Below, piece by piece: positions 44,685 through 53,754 of a DNA stretch of 64,000 nucleotides (positions within the stretch are counted from its first letter, which is position 1; every line of letters begins with the position of its first letter). The position numbers and the translations under genes are program-made. Source of the stretch: Phycisphaerales bacterium (lineage in GTDB: Bacteria; Planctomycetota; Phycisphaerae; Phycisphaerales; UBA1924); the NCBI GenBank assembly GCA_016741915.1, contig JACVCS010000005.1, forward strand, positions 1,385-65,384. The letters run 5' to 3'. The notes beneath the pieces were generated by a model. The model was given only the letters and a program-made list of their open reading frames with translations, was not told the DNA's origin and ran no database searches.

Positions 44685-46898
44685 TCACGCCGCACCCCCT
44701 TCTTTCACACGGGCCAGTCGATAAACGATCCCCTCCCGACCCCCGGTCGGAACCTTTTCGGGTATCACGTCTCCGCGCTGGGCCAGCGTGTCAATGACCG
44801 AGCCAAACGCCTTCGCATCGAGCTTCGTTGCCCGAAGAAGATCACTGTGCCCCATCGACCGCCCCGGCGCTTCTCGGAGCCGACGAATCACACGCCGCAC
44901 CAGTTCATCGAAGGGGGACTCCGCCGCATGGCTGGCGGCCATGAACAGCGTCCGCCGGGCCTGATGCTTCGCGAAGGCACCCGCCCACCGAATCGCCTCA
45001 GCGCCGATCGACGGGTCTTTGTGGTTCTCACTGATCGCGTAGACCAGCGCCAACTTTCGAGCTTGCTGGTAGACCCGCGCCCACACGGCTAGGGCAATCT
45101 GATCGCCGGCGATCTCGGCCCGTTCATACTCCGCTTCCGCGTCCTTCTTTATTTCTTCCGAGAGGCTATCGCCTTCGGGTGTGATCTCGATCATGCGGGG
45201 GCTGGGGTGTGTCTCTGCCATGTTGCCCGCGCCGGGTTTGAGTTCGGCCCAGAACCGTGCGACTTCCAGCACTCGCTCCGGGATTTCGCGGATAGTTGGT
45301 TTTTGCCCCGCGCCGCGGCGGCCAGCCTCCACGATCGTGAACCGCGCGACAAGTCCGCCGGTGAGTTGCTTCACCGTCAGGGCGCTGTAGAAGTTTGCGG
45401 GCGTTGCCGTACCGAGCAGGTTGAGACAGGGCTGATCGATGCTGAGCCGGTCTTGCCGCCCCGCCTTCAAGCGCAGATTGAAACGTCGATCGGCGTTGCT
45501 GTAGAGCTGGAGCAGCGCTTTCGACAAGCTCTCATATCGGCCGTCCTTCGATTTCGCCACCGAAGTGAGCAGCGTGTCGATTTCGTCGAGCTGAATCAGC
45601 AGGTTCGGCGTGCTGTAAAGCGCGTCCTCCAAACCCTCACCCGACGCGATGCCATCCGCAAGGGATCGACTCATGTTCACCGCGTCGAGAATCATCGAGT
45701 TCGTCTTCCGCGGCGCGTCTTTGCCCGTGCCGGAGTTGGCCAAGGCCAGCGTGTAGAAGTTCGGTCGGTTGTCCAAGGCATCGCGAACCTTGCGCCCCGC
45801 GAGCGTTGCGAGCAGCGCGAGGGCACCCGCAAACGCGAGCGGACGATTCGGGTACGGCGCGCTCGCGAGTGTGTACGCCATCACGTCGCCGATGAACCCG
45901 GGGACGTTGAACAGTTCGGCGGGCATGTGCCCCGGGTCTTCGTCGTCGAAGCAGCGCGCATCGGTCGGCGTCGAGGTCTTCGCATCGAGATAGCTGAGGT
46001 CGACGCCGTAGGTATCGACGATCCGCTCGGCCTTCTCGCGCGGGTACTTCGCCCCGCCGTCCAGGCCGGATCGGATCGTCGCGAACGCCTCGGCGTCGCC
46101 CAGACCACACTGGCGGGCCGCGGCCATCAGCGCCCGCTCGGCGTCCGACCGCTCGATCTCGTGCGGAATGAGCTGCCCGATCTTGAACGCCGCGGTATTC
46201 AGCCGGTGGTTCCGCCCGCCCTCGGCGGTGCTGGCAACGTCGCTGCACTCGGCCTCGAGAACCCGAGCCCCGTAGACCGTCGTAGAGCCCGCAGGAGCCA
46301 TCGGAGCCGCGAGGGGTGCCGAGGGTGCCCCCGAACCCTTCGCGGGCTTGGCCTGCCAGCCGCACGCGGTCGCGAGGGCTTCCAGATTGACCCGCAGGTG
46401 TTCCGGGTCGATCGGTGCCGGGTCGCCGGGCCATTCGTTCACCGTTGAACCGTCCGGGGCCATCCAGACGATCCGCTCGCCGGTGGGGTGGACCGAGCCG
46501 GGGGCGACGGTCTGGCACCCGGTGGACCGCAGTTCGAGGATCATCGACCCGTCGGGCGCGAGAAACTTCCGCGTTGGCGCGGGCGAGGTGAGGCGGTAGA
46601 GGCGGTGCGAGCGCGGAGCGCCGGCACGTCCGAACGTGGCGGGCGTGGGGGGGAGAAAGTCATCGGCCAGGCGGCGGGCGTCGTCGCTGTCCAGGTCGAT
46701 ATCGATCACCCAGCCGGAAGGCTCGCCCAGCAGGGTGCCGATGTTGGCGGATTCATCGATGAACGCCCCGGCGAGTTGATCGCCCGTGAGTCTGAGCGTT
46801 TGCCAGCCCGCGATCGCTGGGGCTTTCGCCCGTGGTGGGATCGGGAGAACCCGGAGCCCGCCCTCGGTGAGCTGGCGCGCATGGTCGAGGATCGTCAC
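44685..46898 (-). CDS. bifunctional primase-polymerase (Prim-Pol N-domain) fused to a DUF3987-like helicase/NTPase region
   Basis: 737 aa, GTG start. N-terminus GLRVLPIPPRAKAPAIAGWQ...GWVIDIDLDSDD...RSHRLYRL...ELRSTGCQTVAPGSVHPTG (bifunctional DNA primase/polymerase pattern). The large C-terminal domain is typical of island replicases. Confidence 0.8.
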   Translation of the reverse strand: MTILDHARQLTEGGLRVLPIPPRAKAPAIAGWQTLRLTGDQLAGAFIDESANIGTLLGEPSGWVIDIDLDSDDARRLADDFLPPTPATFGRAGAPRSHRLYRLTSPAPTRKFLAPDGSMILELRSTGCQTVAPGSVHPTGERIVWMAPDGSTVNEWPGDPAPIDPEHLRVNLEALATACGWQAKPAKGSGAPSAPLAAPMAPAGSTTVYGARVLEAECSDVASTAEGGRNHRLNTAAFKIGQLIPHEIERSDAERALMAAARQCGLGDAEAFATIRSGLDGGAKYPREKAERIVDTYGVDLSYLDAKTSTPTDARCFDDEDPGHMPAELFNVPGFIGDVMAYTLASAPYPNRPLAFAGALALLATLAGRKVRDALDNRPNFYTLALANSGTGKDAPRKTNSMILDAVNMSRSLADGIASGEGLEDALYSTPNLLIQLDEIDTLLTSVAKSKDGRYESLSKALLQLYSNADRRFNLRLKAGRQDRLSIDQPCLNLLGTATPANFYSALTVKQLTGGLVARFTIVEAGRRGAGQKPTIREIPERVLEVARFWAELKPGAGNMAETHPSPRMIEITPEGDSLSEEIKKDAEAEYERAEIAGDQIALAVWARVYQQARKLALVYAISENHKDPSIGAEAIRWAGAFAKHQARRTLFMAASHAAESPFDELVRRVIRRLREAPGRSMGHSDLLRATKLDAKAFGSVIDTLAQRGDVIPEKVPTGGREGIVYRLARVKEGGAA

Positions 46899-46988
46899 GC
46901 GACACCCCCGCCGATGGTCGCCCGCGTAACATTGCCCGACGATTCACAACCTGCCCGCTGTTCCGCCCCCGCGGCCATCGGGCTTTCT

Positions 46989-47228
46989 TCAAGCCGTCGC
47001 CCTTCCGTCATCGCTGCCCCCCTTCATGAATGCCCGGAGTGATTCGACGCACACCAGCCGTGCGCGTCCGACCGTTCGCGAACGAATCGCGCCGGTCCTG
47101 ATGAGCTTGTCGATCGTCCTCGGCGAGAGCCCCAGCGCCCGCGCCGCTTCATCGGGCCGAACCGCGATCGGTTCGAGCTTCGCGGGCGTTGGCGTCTTCT
47201 CCGCGTTGGCGGGCCAGTTCTCCATCAT
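46989..47228 (-). CDS. excisionase-like / MerR-type HTH DNA-binding protein
   Basis: 79 aa. IAVRPDEAARALGLSPRTIDKLIRTGAIRSRTVGRARLVCVESLRAFM (HTH_17/Xis-like). Confidence 0.65.
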   Translation of the reverse strand: MMENWPANAEKTPTPAKLEPIAVRPDEAARALGLSPRTIDKLIRTGAIRSRTVGRARLVCVESLRAFMKGGSDDGRATA

Positions 47229-47455
47229 GCCGCACCCCCGGCGCTGGGGGCGTTGGTCGCGTTTTCCTTGGCGCGGGCGTCGAGAGCCGCCTCAACGTCT
47301 GCGGGCTTCGCGAGCCATCGACGCGAAGCGCGGAGGCAAGGGATACGGCGCGCCCGCGCTTCATCGAGGAGCCATCGCGCCGGTAGACGCAAACGCTTCG
47401 CCACTTCGCGAATCGGTATGTACGTGTCGTCAATCGCACCCATGCCCATGAGCAT
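47225..47455 (-). CDS. second excisionase-like HTH protein
   Basis: 76 aa. YIPIREVAKRLRLPARWLLDEARARRIPCLRASRRWLAKPADVEAAL. Overlaps the next gene by 4 nt. Confidence 0.6.
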   Translation of the reverse strand: MLMGMGAIDDTYIPIREVAKRLRLPARWLLDEARARRIPCLRASRRWLAKPADVEAALDARAKENATNAPSAGGAA

Positions 47456-47485
47456 CGGCGCTGATGTGAGGCTTGTGAAGCCCGT

Positions 47486-48373
47486 TCACTCGCGTGCTGC
47501 TGAGGTGCTGCCGTGCTGCTGAGATGCTGCCAAGTTTCTCAACGCCAAGGCGATGCGTTGTCGGTCGATAAACGGGCCGCGTTCCGTCGCGTCGGCCATG
47601 CGGGTGATTTCTTCGGGCGTGTACCGCCGATTGCGGGATGAGTGTCCCCGTTCGTGCGTCTTCATGCCCGCCGCCTTGCGGATTCGCCGGAACGTGTCGA
47701 AGGTCATCTCCCGACCCAGCGCCGCGAGGATGCGTGAATCGCCGCGAATCTGCTCCGAGGTCAAACCAACGTCCGCCGATGCCGATCGGTGAGAAGTCAT
47801 CGCCGCATCACTCGCCGCCGCGAACGCCTCGGCGTGGTGCTTCCAGTCTTCGGCGCTTTGTGCGAGCTGCCCAACGATCGGCCCCGATTCAATCGGCGAG
47901 CGTTCGAGCGGGTGCGTGGTTATCCAGCCGTGCCAGAGTTTGCGTGCCGCGCGCACGCGCCGCACCGCCCAGACTCCATCGTCAAGGTGAATCGGTTTCA
48001 CCGTCACGTCGCCCGATACGTCCAGGCTGGTTTGCACTTCAACCGCTATCGCCTCGGCGCGGGCGAAGGTGTCGGCGAGTTCTTCGTCGATGCCCACCAT
48101 CCGCTCGATTGTCTGCTTCGCCTTCGCGGGCCTCTTCGCGAGCCGCCTCCAGGCTTCAAGCCATGCCGCCGCGTCGGTCCTCAGCCCGGAGGATTCGCCC
48201 CGCCAGAGGTCAACGTAGGGGACGATCCACTCACCATCGGGATCGAGTTCGGGGCGCGCCGCGTCGATCTCTTCGCGCCAGTCGTCGCGAAGGACCGCGA
48301 GACTGTGGGCGAGCTGGTCGAGAAGGTCGGCGAGTTCGGGCGCGAGTTCGCCCGGTGATCGAAGGGGTTTCAT
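47486..48373 (-). CDS. hypothetical protein of the integrative element
   Basis: ORF trimmed to ATG 48371-48373 (MKPLRSPGELAPELADLLDQL...). Acidic and helical. No family recognised. Confidence 0.5.
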   Translation of the reverse strand: MKPLRSPGELAPELADLLDQLAHSLAVLRDDWREEIDAARPELDPDGEWIVPYVDLWRGESSGLRTDAAAWLEAWRRLAKRPAKAKQTIERMVGIDEELADTFARAEAIAVEVQTSLDVSGDVTVKPIHLDDGVWAVRRVRAARKLWHGWITTHPLERSPIESGPIVGQLAQSAEDWKHHAEAFAAASDAAMTSHRSASADVGLTSEQIRGDSRILAALGREMTFDTFRRIRKAAGMKTHERGHSSRNRRYTPEEITRMADATERGPFIDRQRIALALRNLAASQQHGSTSAARE

Positions 48374-48684
48374 TGCCGTGCCTCGGCGTTGCCGGGCGGG
48401 CGGGGGGTTGACGCGAGGCACGCGCCCACCCCGCCACCCCTTGCCCCACCCGCCGGCCAGCGTGTGGGGACACCCAACGCCCGGAGCATAGCGAGTTGAT
48501 GGGTCGGGTGGAGTCGGTGCCCTATCGCGACTGTTCCCAATGCACCACCGCCGCCAAACACCCGAGGAAGGACCCGCCCGAGTTCTGTGGGTCCTTCCCG
48601 GGGGTCTTCGTTTGCTGCGTGCATTGGGAACAGTCAAACTATTCGACCGACTACACCCCAAACCGGGGAACCCGCTTCGAGCAT

Positions 48685-48724
48685 GAAAAAAGCAGGGGCG
48701 GAAGGCTCTAAAGCCCGCCGCCCC
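48685..48724 (-). terminator. rho-independent terminator after the tape-measure gene
   Basis: Minus strand: GGGGCGG, a 16-nt loop, CCGCCCC, tgc, TTTTTT. The stem arms on the plus strand are 48695-48701 and 48718-48724, and the A-run is 48685-48690. Confidence 0.65.
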
Positions 48725-48778
48725 GCGTCCCCACCCCTGAGCCCGTCGCCATCCTTGGCGGGCCTCAGCCGTTCACGA

Positions 48779-50719
48779 TCATGGACCGATGCCGTCTTCA
48801 CTCTGCCCGGTGTTGCGCTTGATTTCGCGAAGTTCGGCGTAGATCTTCTCGGCGCGGTCGCTGATCCTCTCGATCGCGCCCACCGACCCGCCGCCCATGA
48901 GGGCCGCGTCGCCCGCGAAGAACGTGCCTCGTGGGCTGATCGCCGATGTTGCCGCTTCAAGGACCGCGGGGATATCCGCCGCCATCTGTTGGAGCTTCGC
49001 CGCGTACTCGCTGAGCCCCGGGCCGAAGTCCATGCCGTCGCCCTTGACCGTCCAGCCATCGGAGGGGAACGCGCCCTCGGCGACGGCGCGAAGGGCCGCG
49101 TCAAACTCCGCGAGCCCGTTGTCGGCGAGCCGGTTCGACGCCACCCGTGAGGCGCTGTCGGCGATCGCTTTCTCGAGCGCGTCCGCCGCTCGCTGTACCC
49201 CGGCGTCGATGCCCGAGCTGATCGTCGCGTCGATCTTCGTGAGTGAATCTCGCATCGCCTGATTTTCGAGCTTCGTGCGTTCGTCGATCGCCTTCCCCAG
49301 CCCTTGGGCGTTGGCATCGAGCCCGATCACCGCTTTTCGGAGGTCAACGCCGAAGGCCTTTTTGTCTTCGCCCCAGATGTTCGGCACGTCGATCAATCCG
49401 AAAAGGCTCTGGTCTTCGCCGAAGAGGTTGCCCGACACCGCTTCGTCGAGCCGCTTGCCAAGATACCCGCTGATGCTCGCGTCGCTGGTGCCGACCGCAA
49501 CTTCCGTACGGATTGATTCGAGGCCCTTGCGGATTTCGCCGAACGCACGCTCAAACGCGAGGGCGACACCCGCCGCCGCGATCTCGGCCGCGCCTTGCCA
49601 ATCGCTGTTCTTCAGCGCGTCGAGGATCGCCTTGAATGTCTTCTCGGCGTCGTCGCCCAGGGCGCGGAAGGCTTTGGCGCCCCGCTCGGCGAGGTCTTCA
49701 ATGTTCGTCGTGAGCCCGATGGTTGCGGCTGTGATGCCCCCGAGGGCGGTGGCGATCATCCCCAAGGGCGAGCCCATCACCGCGAAGAGCGCCCCACCGA
49801 CGGACACCAGCCCCGCCATCGCGACCCCCGCCGCCGTGAGCGCCGCACCGACCGCCGCCGCGCCGCCGGCGATGAGGGCCAGGTCCTTCACCGCGCGGGG
49901 GTTGTCGGCGAGAAACTTCGAGAACGCACCGACGACCGACGACACCGCGTCGAGGGCCTTGACCATGGCCGGCGCGAGCGCCGCACCCGCCGCGTTCGCC
50001 GCCCCGCGTAGGGCGTCCTGCACTTCGTCGAGCTTGTCGCCCAGTTCGTCGGCGAGCTTCACCGCGTCGTCGCTGAGGACGATGCCGAGGGCCTTGGCGC
50101 GTGCGGCGAAGTCGTCGAGCCCGCGCGAGCCGCGCGCGAGCATCGGGATGATCTTGGTCCCCGACTTGCCGAAGACGGCCATCGCCGCGGTGGATCGCTG
50201 GGCCGGGTCGTCGATCGAGGCGAGGGCGTCGGCGATCGAGCGGAAGGCCGCATCGGGTGCCATGCCGACCAGGGCGTCGGTGCTGATGCCCAGCCGGGCG
50301 AGGGCGTCCGCCGCTGATACTGAGTCTTCGTCGGCGCGGGTGATGGTCTTCGAGAGGTTGCGGAGCGCCGCTTCGAGGTCTTCGGCGCTCGCCCCCGATT
50401 GGCGGGCCGCGAAGAGAAGCGCTTGCAGGGCTTCGACCCCCACCCCGGTACGGGCGCTCAGGTCGGCAACTTCGCTGCCCGCCTTGGCGAAGGCAACACC
50501 CGCGCCACCGAGCCCGCCAAGGATCGCGGTACCCACCCCGGCGAAGCTGATCCCCAGCGCGTTCACCGTGCCGGCGAAGTCGGAGAGCCGCTTGCTCATC
50601 GCATTCAGCCCCGCCCGCACGTTGTCCTTCAAGCCGATTTCGACAACCGCCTTACCCGCTCTGATCGCCGATGCGTTCGACACGATGCACCCCCATGTAT
50701 TCGGCCCCGAGGATCGCAC
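48779..50719 (-). CDS. phage tail tape measure protein (TP901-type core)
   Basis: 646 aa. GTG start at 50719, or GTG 50683. Core region LSARTGVGVEALQALLFAARQSGASAEDLEAALRNLSKTI...ALARLGISTDALVG...AVFGKSGTKIIPML. Long Ala/Gly-rich helical and TM-like segments follow (AGGAAAVGAALTAAGVAMAGLVSVGGALFAVMG). Confidence 0.8.
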   Translation of the reverse strand: MRSSGPNTWGCIVSNASAIRAGKAVVEIGLKDNVRAGLNAMSKRLSDFAGTVNALGISFAGVGTAILGGLGGAGVAFAKAGSEVADLSARTGVGVEALQALLFAARQSGASAEDLEAALRNLSKTITRADEDSVSAADALARLGISTDALVGMAPDAAFRSIADALASIDDPAQRSTAAMAVFGKSGTKIIPMLARGSRGLDDFAARAKALGIVLSDDAVKLADELGDKLDEVQDALRGAANAAGAALAPAMVKALDAVSSVVGAFSKFLADNPRAVKDLALIAGGAAAVGAALTAAGVAMAGLVSVGGALFAVMGSPLGMIATALGGITAATIGLTTNIEDLAERGAKAFRALGDDAEKTFKAILDALKNSDWQGAAEIAAAGVALAFERAFGEIRKGLESIRTEVAVGTSDASISGYLGKRLDEAVSGNLFGEDQSLFGLIDVPNIWGEDKKAFGVDLRKAVIGLDANAQGLGKAIDERTKLENQAMRDSLTKIDATISSGIDAGVQRAADALEKAIADSASRVASNRLADNGLAEFDAALRAVAEGAFPSDGWTVKGDGMDFGPGLSEYAAKLQQMAADIPAVLEAATSAISPRGTFFAGDAALMGGGSVGAIERISDRAEKIYAELREIKRNTGQSEDGIGP

Positions 50720-50811
50720 GCGCCCCCGCGCGTTGGTTGACGATCACCGAGGCCAGTGTAAACCAACGCCGAGCCGCTGGGCTGGGCGCTGGGTCTGTGT
50801 GCTGTCGTCGA

Positions 50812-51234
50812 TCACTTCGAGAACGTGCCCCGCCAGGCGCGGAGTTCGCTGCTTCGCGCTTCGATGGTGGTTTTTTCACCGCTGCGCAAGGTGATCGCGA
50901 TGCTCAAGCTGTCGGGGTGCGGGTAACGCTTGCGATTGATGGGGAGGTCCGGATTGATGGGGGTACCGAACCACTCGATCACGCCCTCCCAACATTTGCG
51001 ATCTTCCCCGATCGTGTGGAACATCGCCGCCATGCCGCTGCGGAGGTTCTTGATCTCGGTCGGTTCATAGCTGATCCGGTTCCAGTCCAGAGCCGCCGCT
51101 GGGGCCGATGCCGCCCCGCCGGGCTTGGCTGGCGATGCGGGGGCCTTGCGGGTGCCCGGAGGCTTGCGGTCGCGCCGTGCGGGCTTGGCGGGCTTGCTTG
51201 TGCGTGAACGATCCTGCGAACGGAGTGATACCAT
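50812..51234 (-). CDS. hypothetical protein (in the position of a tail assembly chaperone)
   Basis: 140 aa, ATG 51232-34. Basic Pro/Lys-rich N-terminus followed by a globular C-terminus. It lies immediately upstream of the tape-measure gene. Confidence 0.45.
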   Translation of the reverse strand: MVSLRSQDRSRTSKPAKPARRDRKPPGTRKAPASPAKPGGAASAPAAALDWNRISYEPTEIKNLRSGMAAMFHTIGEDRKCWEGVIEWFGTPINPDLPINRKRYPHPDSLSIAITLRSGEKTTIEARSSELRAWRGTFSK

Positions 51235-51306
51235 CGGTCGATTCCTGATGCTGGCTGCCTCAGAACGCCGCCCGCGTCGCCAGCAAGGGCGCGGGCGGCG
51301 GTACTT

Positions 51307-51624
51307 TCAGCGTGATCGCGAACCACAAACGGCCAGTGTGTACTTCGGACGGTCGTCCTTATGCCAACCGGTGAAGAGTGCGGCACCGACGATGCGAGAG
51401 TCTGATTTGCAGAGGCGCTCCATCAACGAATCCAGCGACCCGCCGCGGAGGTTGATCGGCGCTGGGCTGAGCCGATGCGTGGGTGTACTCAAGAGCCTTG
51501 CCAGTCGCCCCGCATCTTCGTGGCTGTACGTCACGAGCAAGAACTTCGCTGGCTTTCCAGAGAGATCACCCGGAAGAAGCGTGGGCTCTCCGCGATGCAC
51601 CAGAATGTGCTGCTCCAACTTCAT
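51307..51624 (-). CDS. hypothetical protein (in the position of a tail assembly chaperone)
   Basis: Trimmed to ATG 51622-24 (MKLEQHILVHRGEPTLLPGDLSGKPAKFLLVTYSHEDAGRLARLL...). It is the first gene inside attR. Confidence 0.45.
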   Translation of the reverse strand: MKLEQHILVHRGEPTLLPGDLSGKPAKFLLVTYSHEDAGRLARLLSTPTHRLSPAPINLRGGSLDSLMERLCKSDSRIVGAALFTGWHKDDRPKYTLAVCGSRSR

Positions 51625-51806
51625 CGCGCCCTCCCTTCCTCGAAGTTGCCGACCAGGGAGAGAACCGCCCGCCGGATCGCCGGGGGAAGGGCGGCCCATG
51701 CCGCCATCACCCGCGCGAGGTCCGGGTCGATCGGTGCCCCGATCCCGTCACTTTTCACGTCAGCCGGCGCGAGACTTGCGGTATTTCCCGTGTTTGACGG
51801 GGCGTA

Positions 51807-51823
51807 TTCAAGTCCGGCCCTGC
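51807..51823 (+). repeat. attR core (displaced copy of the tRNA-Phe 3' end)
   Basis: TTCAAGTCCGGCCCTGC. There is no tRNA 5' half upstream of it. Confidence 0.85.
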
Positions 51824-52193
51824 TCATTGGTCGATTTTCTACAGCATCACACAGAACCCCAACCCCCACGAAATCCGCAGGATTGTGGGGGTTTTGTGTT
51901 TTGGGGTGGTGTGCGTTGGTGCCGACCGTGTGCGTGCACGTTTCCGGATGTGTTGCCGGAGGCGTTCGTACAAATGTGGCCGCCGCGTTTAACCTGCCGG
52001 GCTGGCTGTTCAACGTTCAGGCCCCCGCAGAGTTCCACCAACCTCCGCTCCATCCTCGGTCGTCACCGATCATCTCGCGACCGATCGCCACCCGCGAAGC
52101 GCATCGACAAAGTTCCGCCTTTCCGGGTGTGGACCAACTCTTCACTTACGACGACGGTGGGCTCTCCGTGACCGCAATGACACTCCACCAAAC

Positions 52194-53546
52194 TCACACC
52201 ACCAGCCCAACAGGCTTGAACGTGTGCGAGGGCAAGACGTCCTTCAAGGCGGTGTTGCCCAGGTGCACGCTCACCAGTTCGCCCAGCACGTCGCGGAAGT
52301 CCGTTGTGTTCAGAAGGTCGCGGCGTTGGTGCAGTTGGTCGGGCTTCAGGCCGGGCCAGGTGCCCGCGACTTTGCGTGCCTTCCCCGCGCTCTCGGCCGC
52401 CTTGTTCGCACGCTGCACCGCGCCGCCCATCAGGAACATGCAGTTGCCCCAGCCGTGGTCGGTGCCCTGCGTGCCGTTCTCTGCGGCGGTTCTGCCAAAG
52501 TCCGTCAGCGTGACCACGACGGTGTCGTCCATCCGATCACCCAGATCACGCGCAAAGGCATCCATCGCCCCGGCGAGCTCGCCCGCAAGATTGCCCAACG
52601 CACCAACCGCATTGCCCTGATACGCGTGGGTATCGAACCCGTTGATATCAACCTCCGCGACCTCAAGACCCACGTCCGCTTTGATCAGCCGGGCGACCTG
52701 CGCGAGTTTCTTCGCAAGGCCCGTGTTGGGATACGTCGCGGCGGGTTCATACTTCTCCTGCGCCATGGCGCGGAGCTGTTTCATACCGTCGAGCGTGGCC
52801 GTGGCCGATTGATTCAACAGGTCGCGTGCGTCCACCGCGTCTTTCGCTCTCTTGTCAGGCCCGCAGCAGTACGCGTGCTCCAGCGCCGCGGTCACCGCGT
52901 CCTGCGAGGCCTTGCCGCTGGGGATCGAAAGGTCGTCCAGACCCCGCACCGCAAACGCCTGCGCACGCCCGTGCAGAATCCGCGGCAGGCTGTCGCCGAT
53001 GCTCACCGCCCGCAGAGGCCCGTGCCCGCTGCTGGTCAATAGGTGACGGTTCAGCCACCCGTCGGAGTTCAGCGTGTTGCCGATGATGCCCGTCTCCCAC
53101 GTGTCCTGCTCTTCAAAGTGCGACCGTGTGTTCTTGTCATACCCAACCGCGTGGGCCGCGACGGCCAGCCCCGAGCGGAAGTGCGGCATCAACTCCTTCA
53201 TGCGCGGGTTGAGCCCGAAGAACCCATCCAGATCGATCGCGGTGTTGTCGCCAGCGCCGGGCTTGGGGATCGCGATCGACCGGCGCAGGTCGTAGTACGC
53301 CGAATCACCGAACGGCACGACGAGGTTGAGCCCGTCGGCGCCGCCGCGAAGGAAGATCACCACCAGGACCTTGCCCTTCTTCACCGACTGCGGCGGCGGC
53401 GGGACACTCCCCGGTGCCGGCGTGCCATCAGCCATCAGCAGCCCCGATCCACTCGCCGCCCGCGCGAGTGCAAGCGTCGGCGCGACGCCTAAGTACACCG
53501 CTACAGCGCCGGAAGCCTTCAGGAAGTATCGTCGGGTCAGGTGCAT
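52194..53546 (-). CDS. DUF1501 domain protein (sulfatase-like fold, Tat signal)
   Basis: 450 aa. Twin-arginine leader MHLTRRYFLKASGAVAVYLG. Motifs LRGGADGLN, TLTDFGRT and GTDHGWGN are typical of DUF1501. Confidence 0.85.
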   Translation of the reverse strand: MHLTRRYFLKASGAVAVYLGVAPTLALARAASGSGLLMADGTPAPGSVPPPPQSVKKGKVLVVIFLRGGADGLNLVVPFGDSAYYDLRRSIAIPKPGAGDNTAIDLDGFFGLNPRMKELMPHFRSGLAVAAHAVGYDKNTRSHFEEQDTWETGIIGNTLNSDGWLNRHLLTSSGHGPLRAVSIGDSLPRILHGRAQAFAVRGLDDLSIPSGKASQDAVTAALEHAYCCGPDKRAKDAVDARDLLNQSATATLDGMKQLRAMAQEKYEPAATYPNTGLAKKLAQVARLIKADVGLEVAEVDINGFDTHAYQGNAVGALGNLAGELAGAMDAFARDLGDRMDDTVVVTLTDFGRTAAENGTQGTDHGWGNCMFLMGGAVQRANKAAESAGKARKVAGTWPGLKPDQLHQRRDLLNTTDFRDVLGELVSVHLGNTALKDVLPSHTFKPVGLVV

Positions 53547-53754
53547 GGGGTTGCTCCAGATGATGCGAAACTCAACGTCAGCGGGGCGATCGAAGTGGGG
53601 GTCGGCGGCGGTGGCGGTGGCAGGATTAGGGGATCAGGGGGTTGAGGGCAAATGCGTGTCAACCGTTCACAATCAATCGTCGTCACGTTCAGGTCATTTC
53701 AGGCACAAACGATTTTCTGTTCTCATTCAGCAGATACCTATTGGCTCGAAAAAT

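Larger units (their letters stand above)
42561..51823. mobile_element. ~9.2-kb integrative element (prophage remnant or satellite-like island) inserted at the 3' end of tRNA-Phe
   Basis: It is bounded by the perfect 17-bp direct repeat TTCAAGTCCGGCCCTGC (42614-42630 and 51807-51823). Similarity extends a further ~20 nt (c[c/t]ca.ttgg.c.gatt[c/t]tct). The integrase gene abuts the tRNA, and every internal gene is on the minus strand. Confidence 0.85.

Noticed and set aside
43865-44695. Full-length 276-aa version of the XRE-regulator ORF
   Set aside because: Its first ~45 codons translate the AT-rich GAAAGAAG repeat/hairpin region and overlap the replicase 3' end, so this is likely non-coding regulatory DNA.
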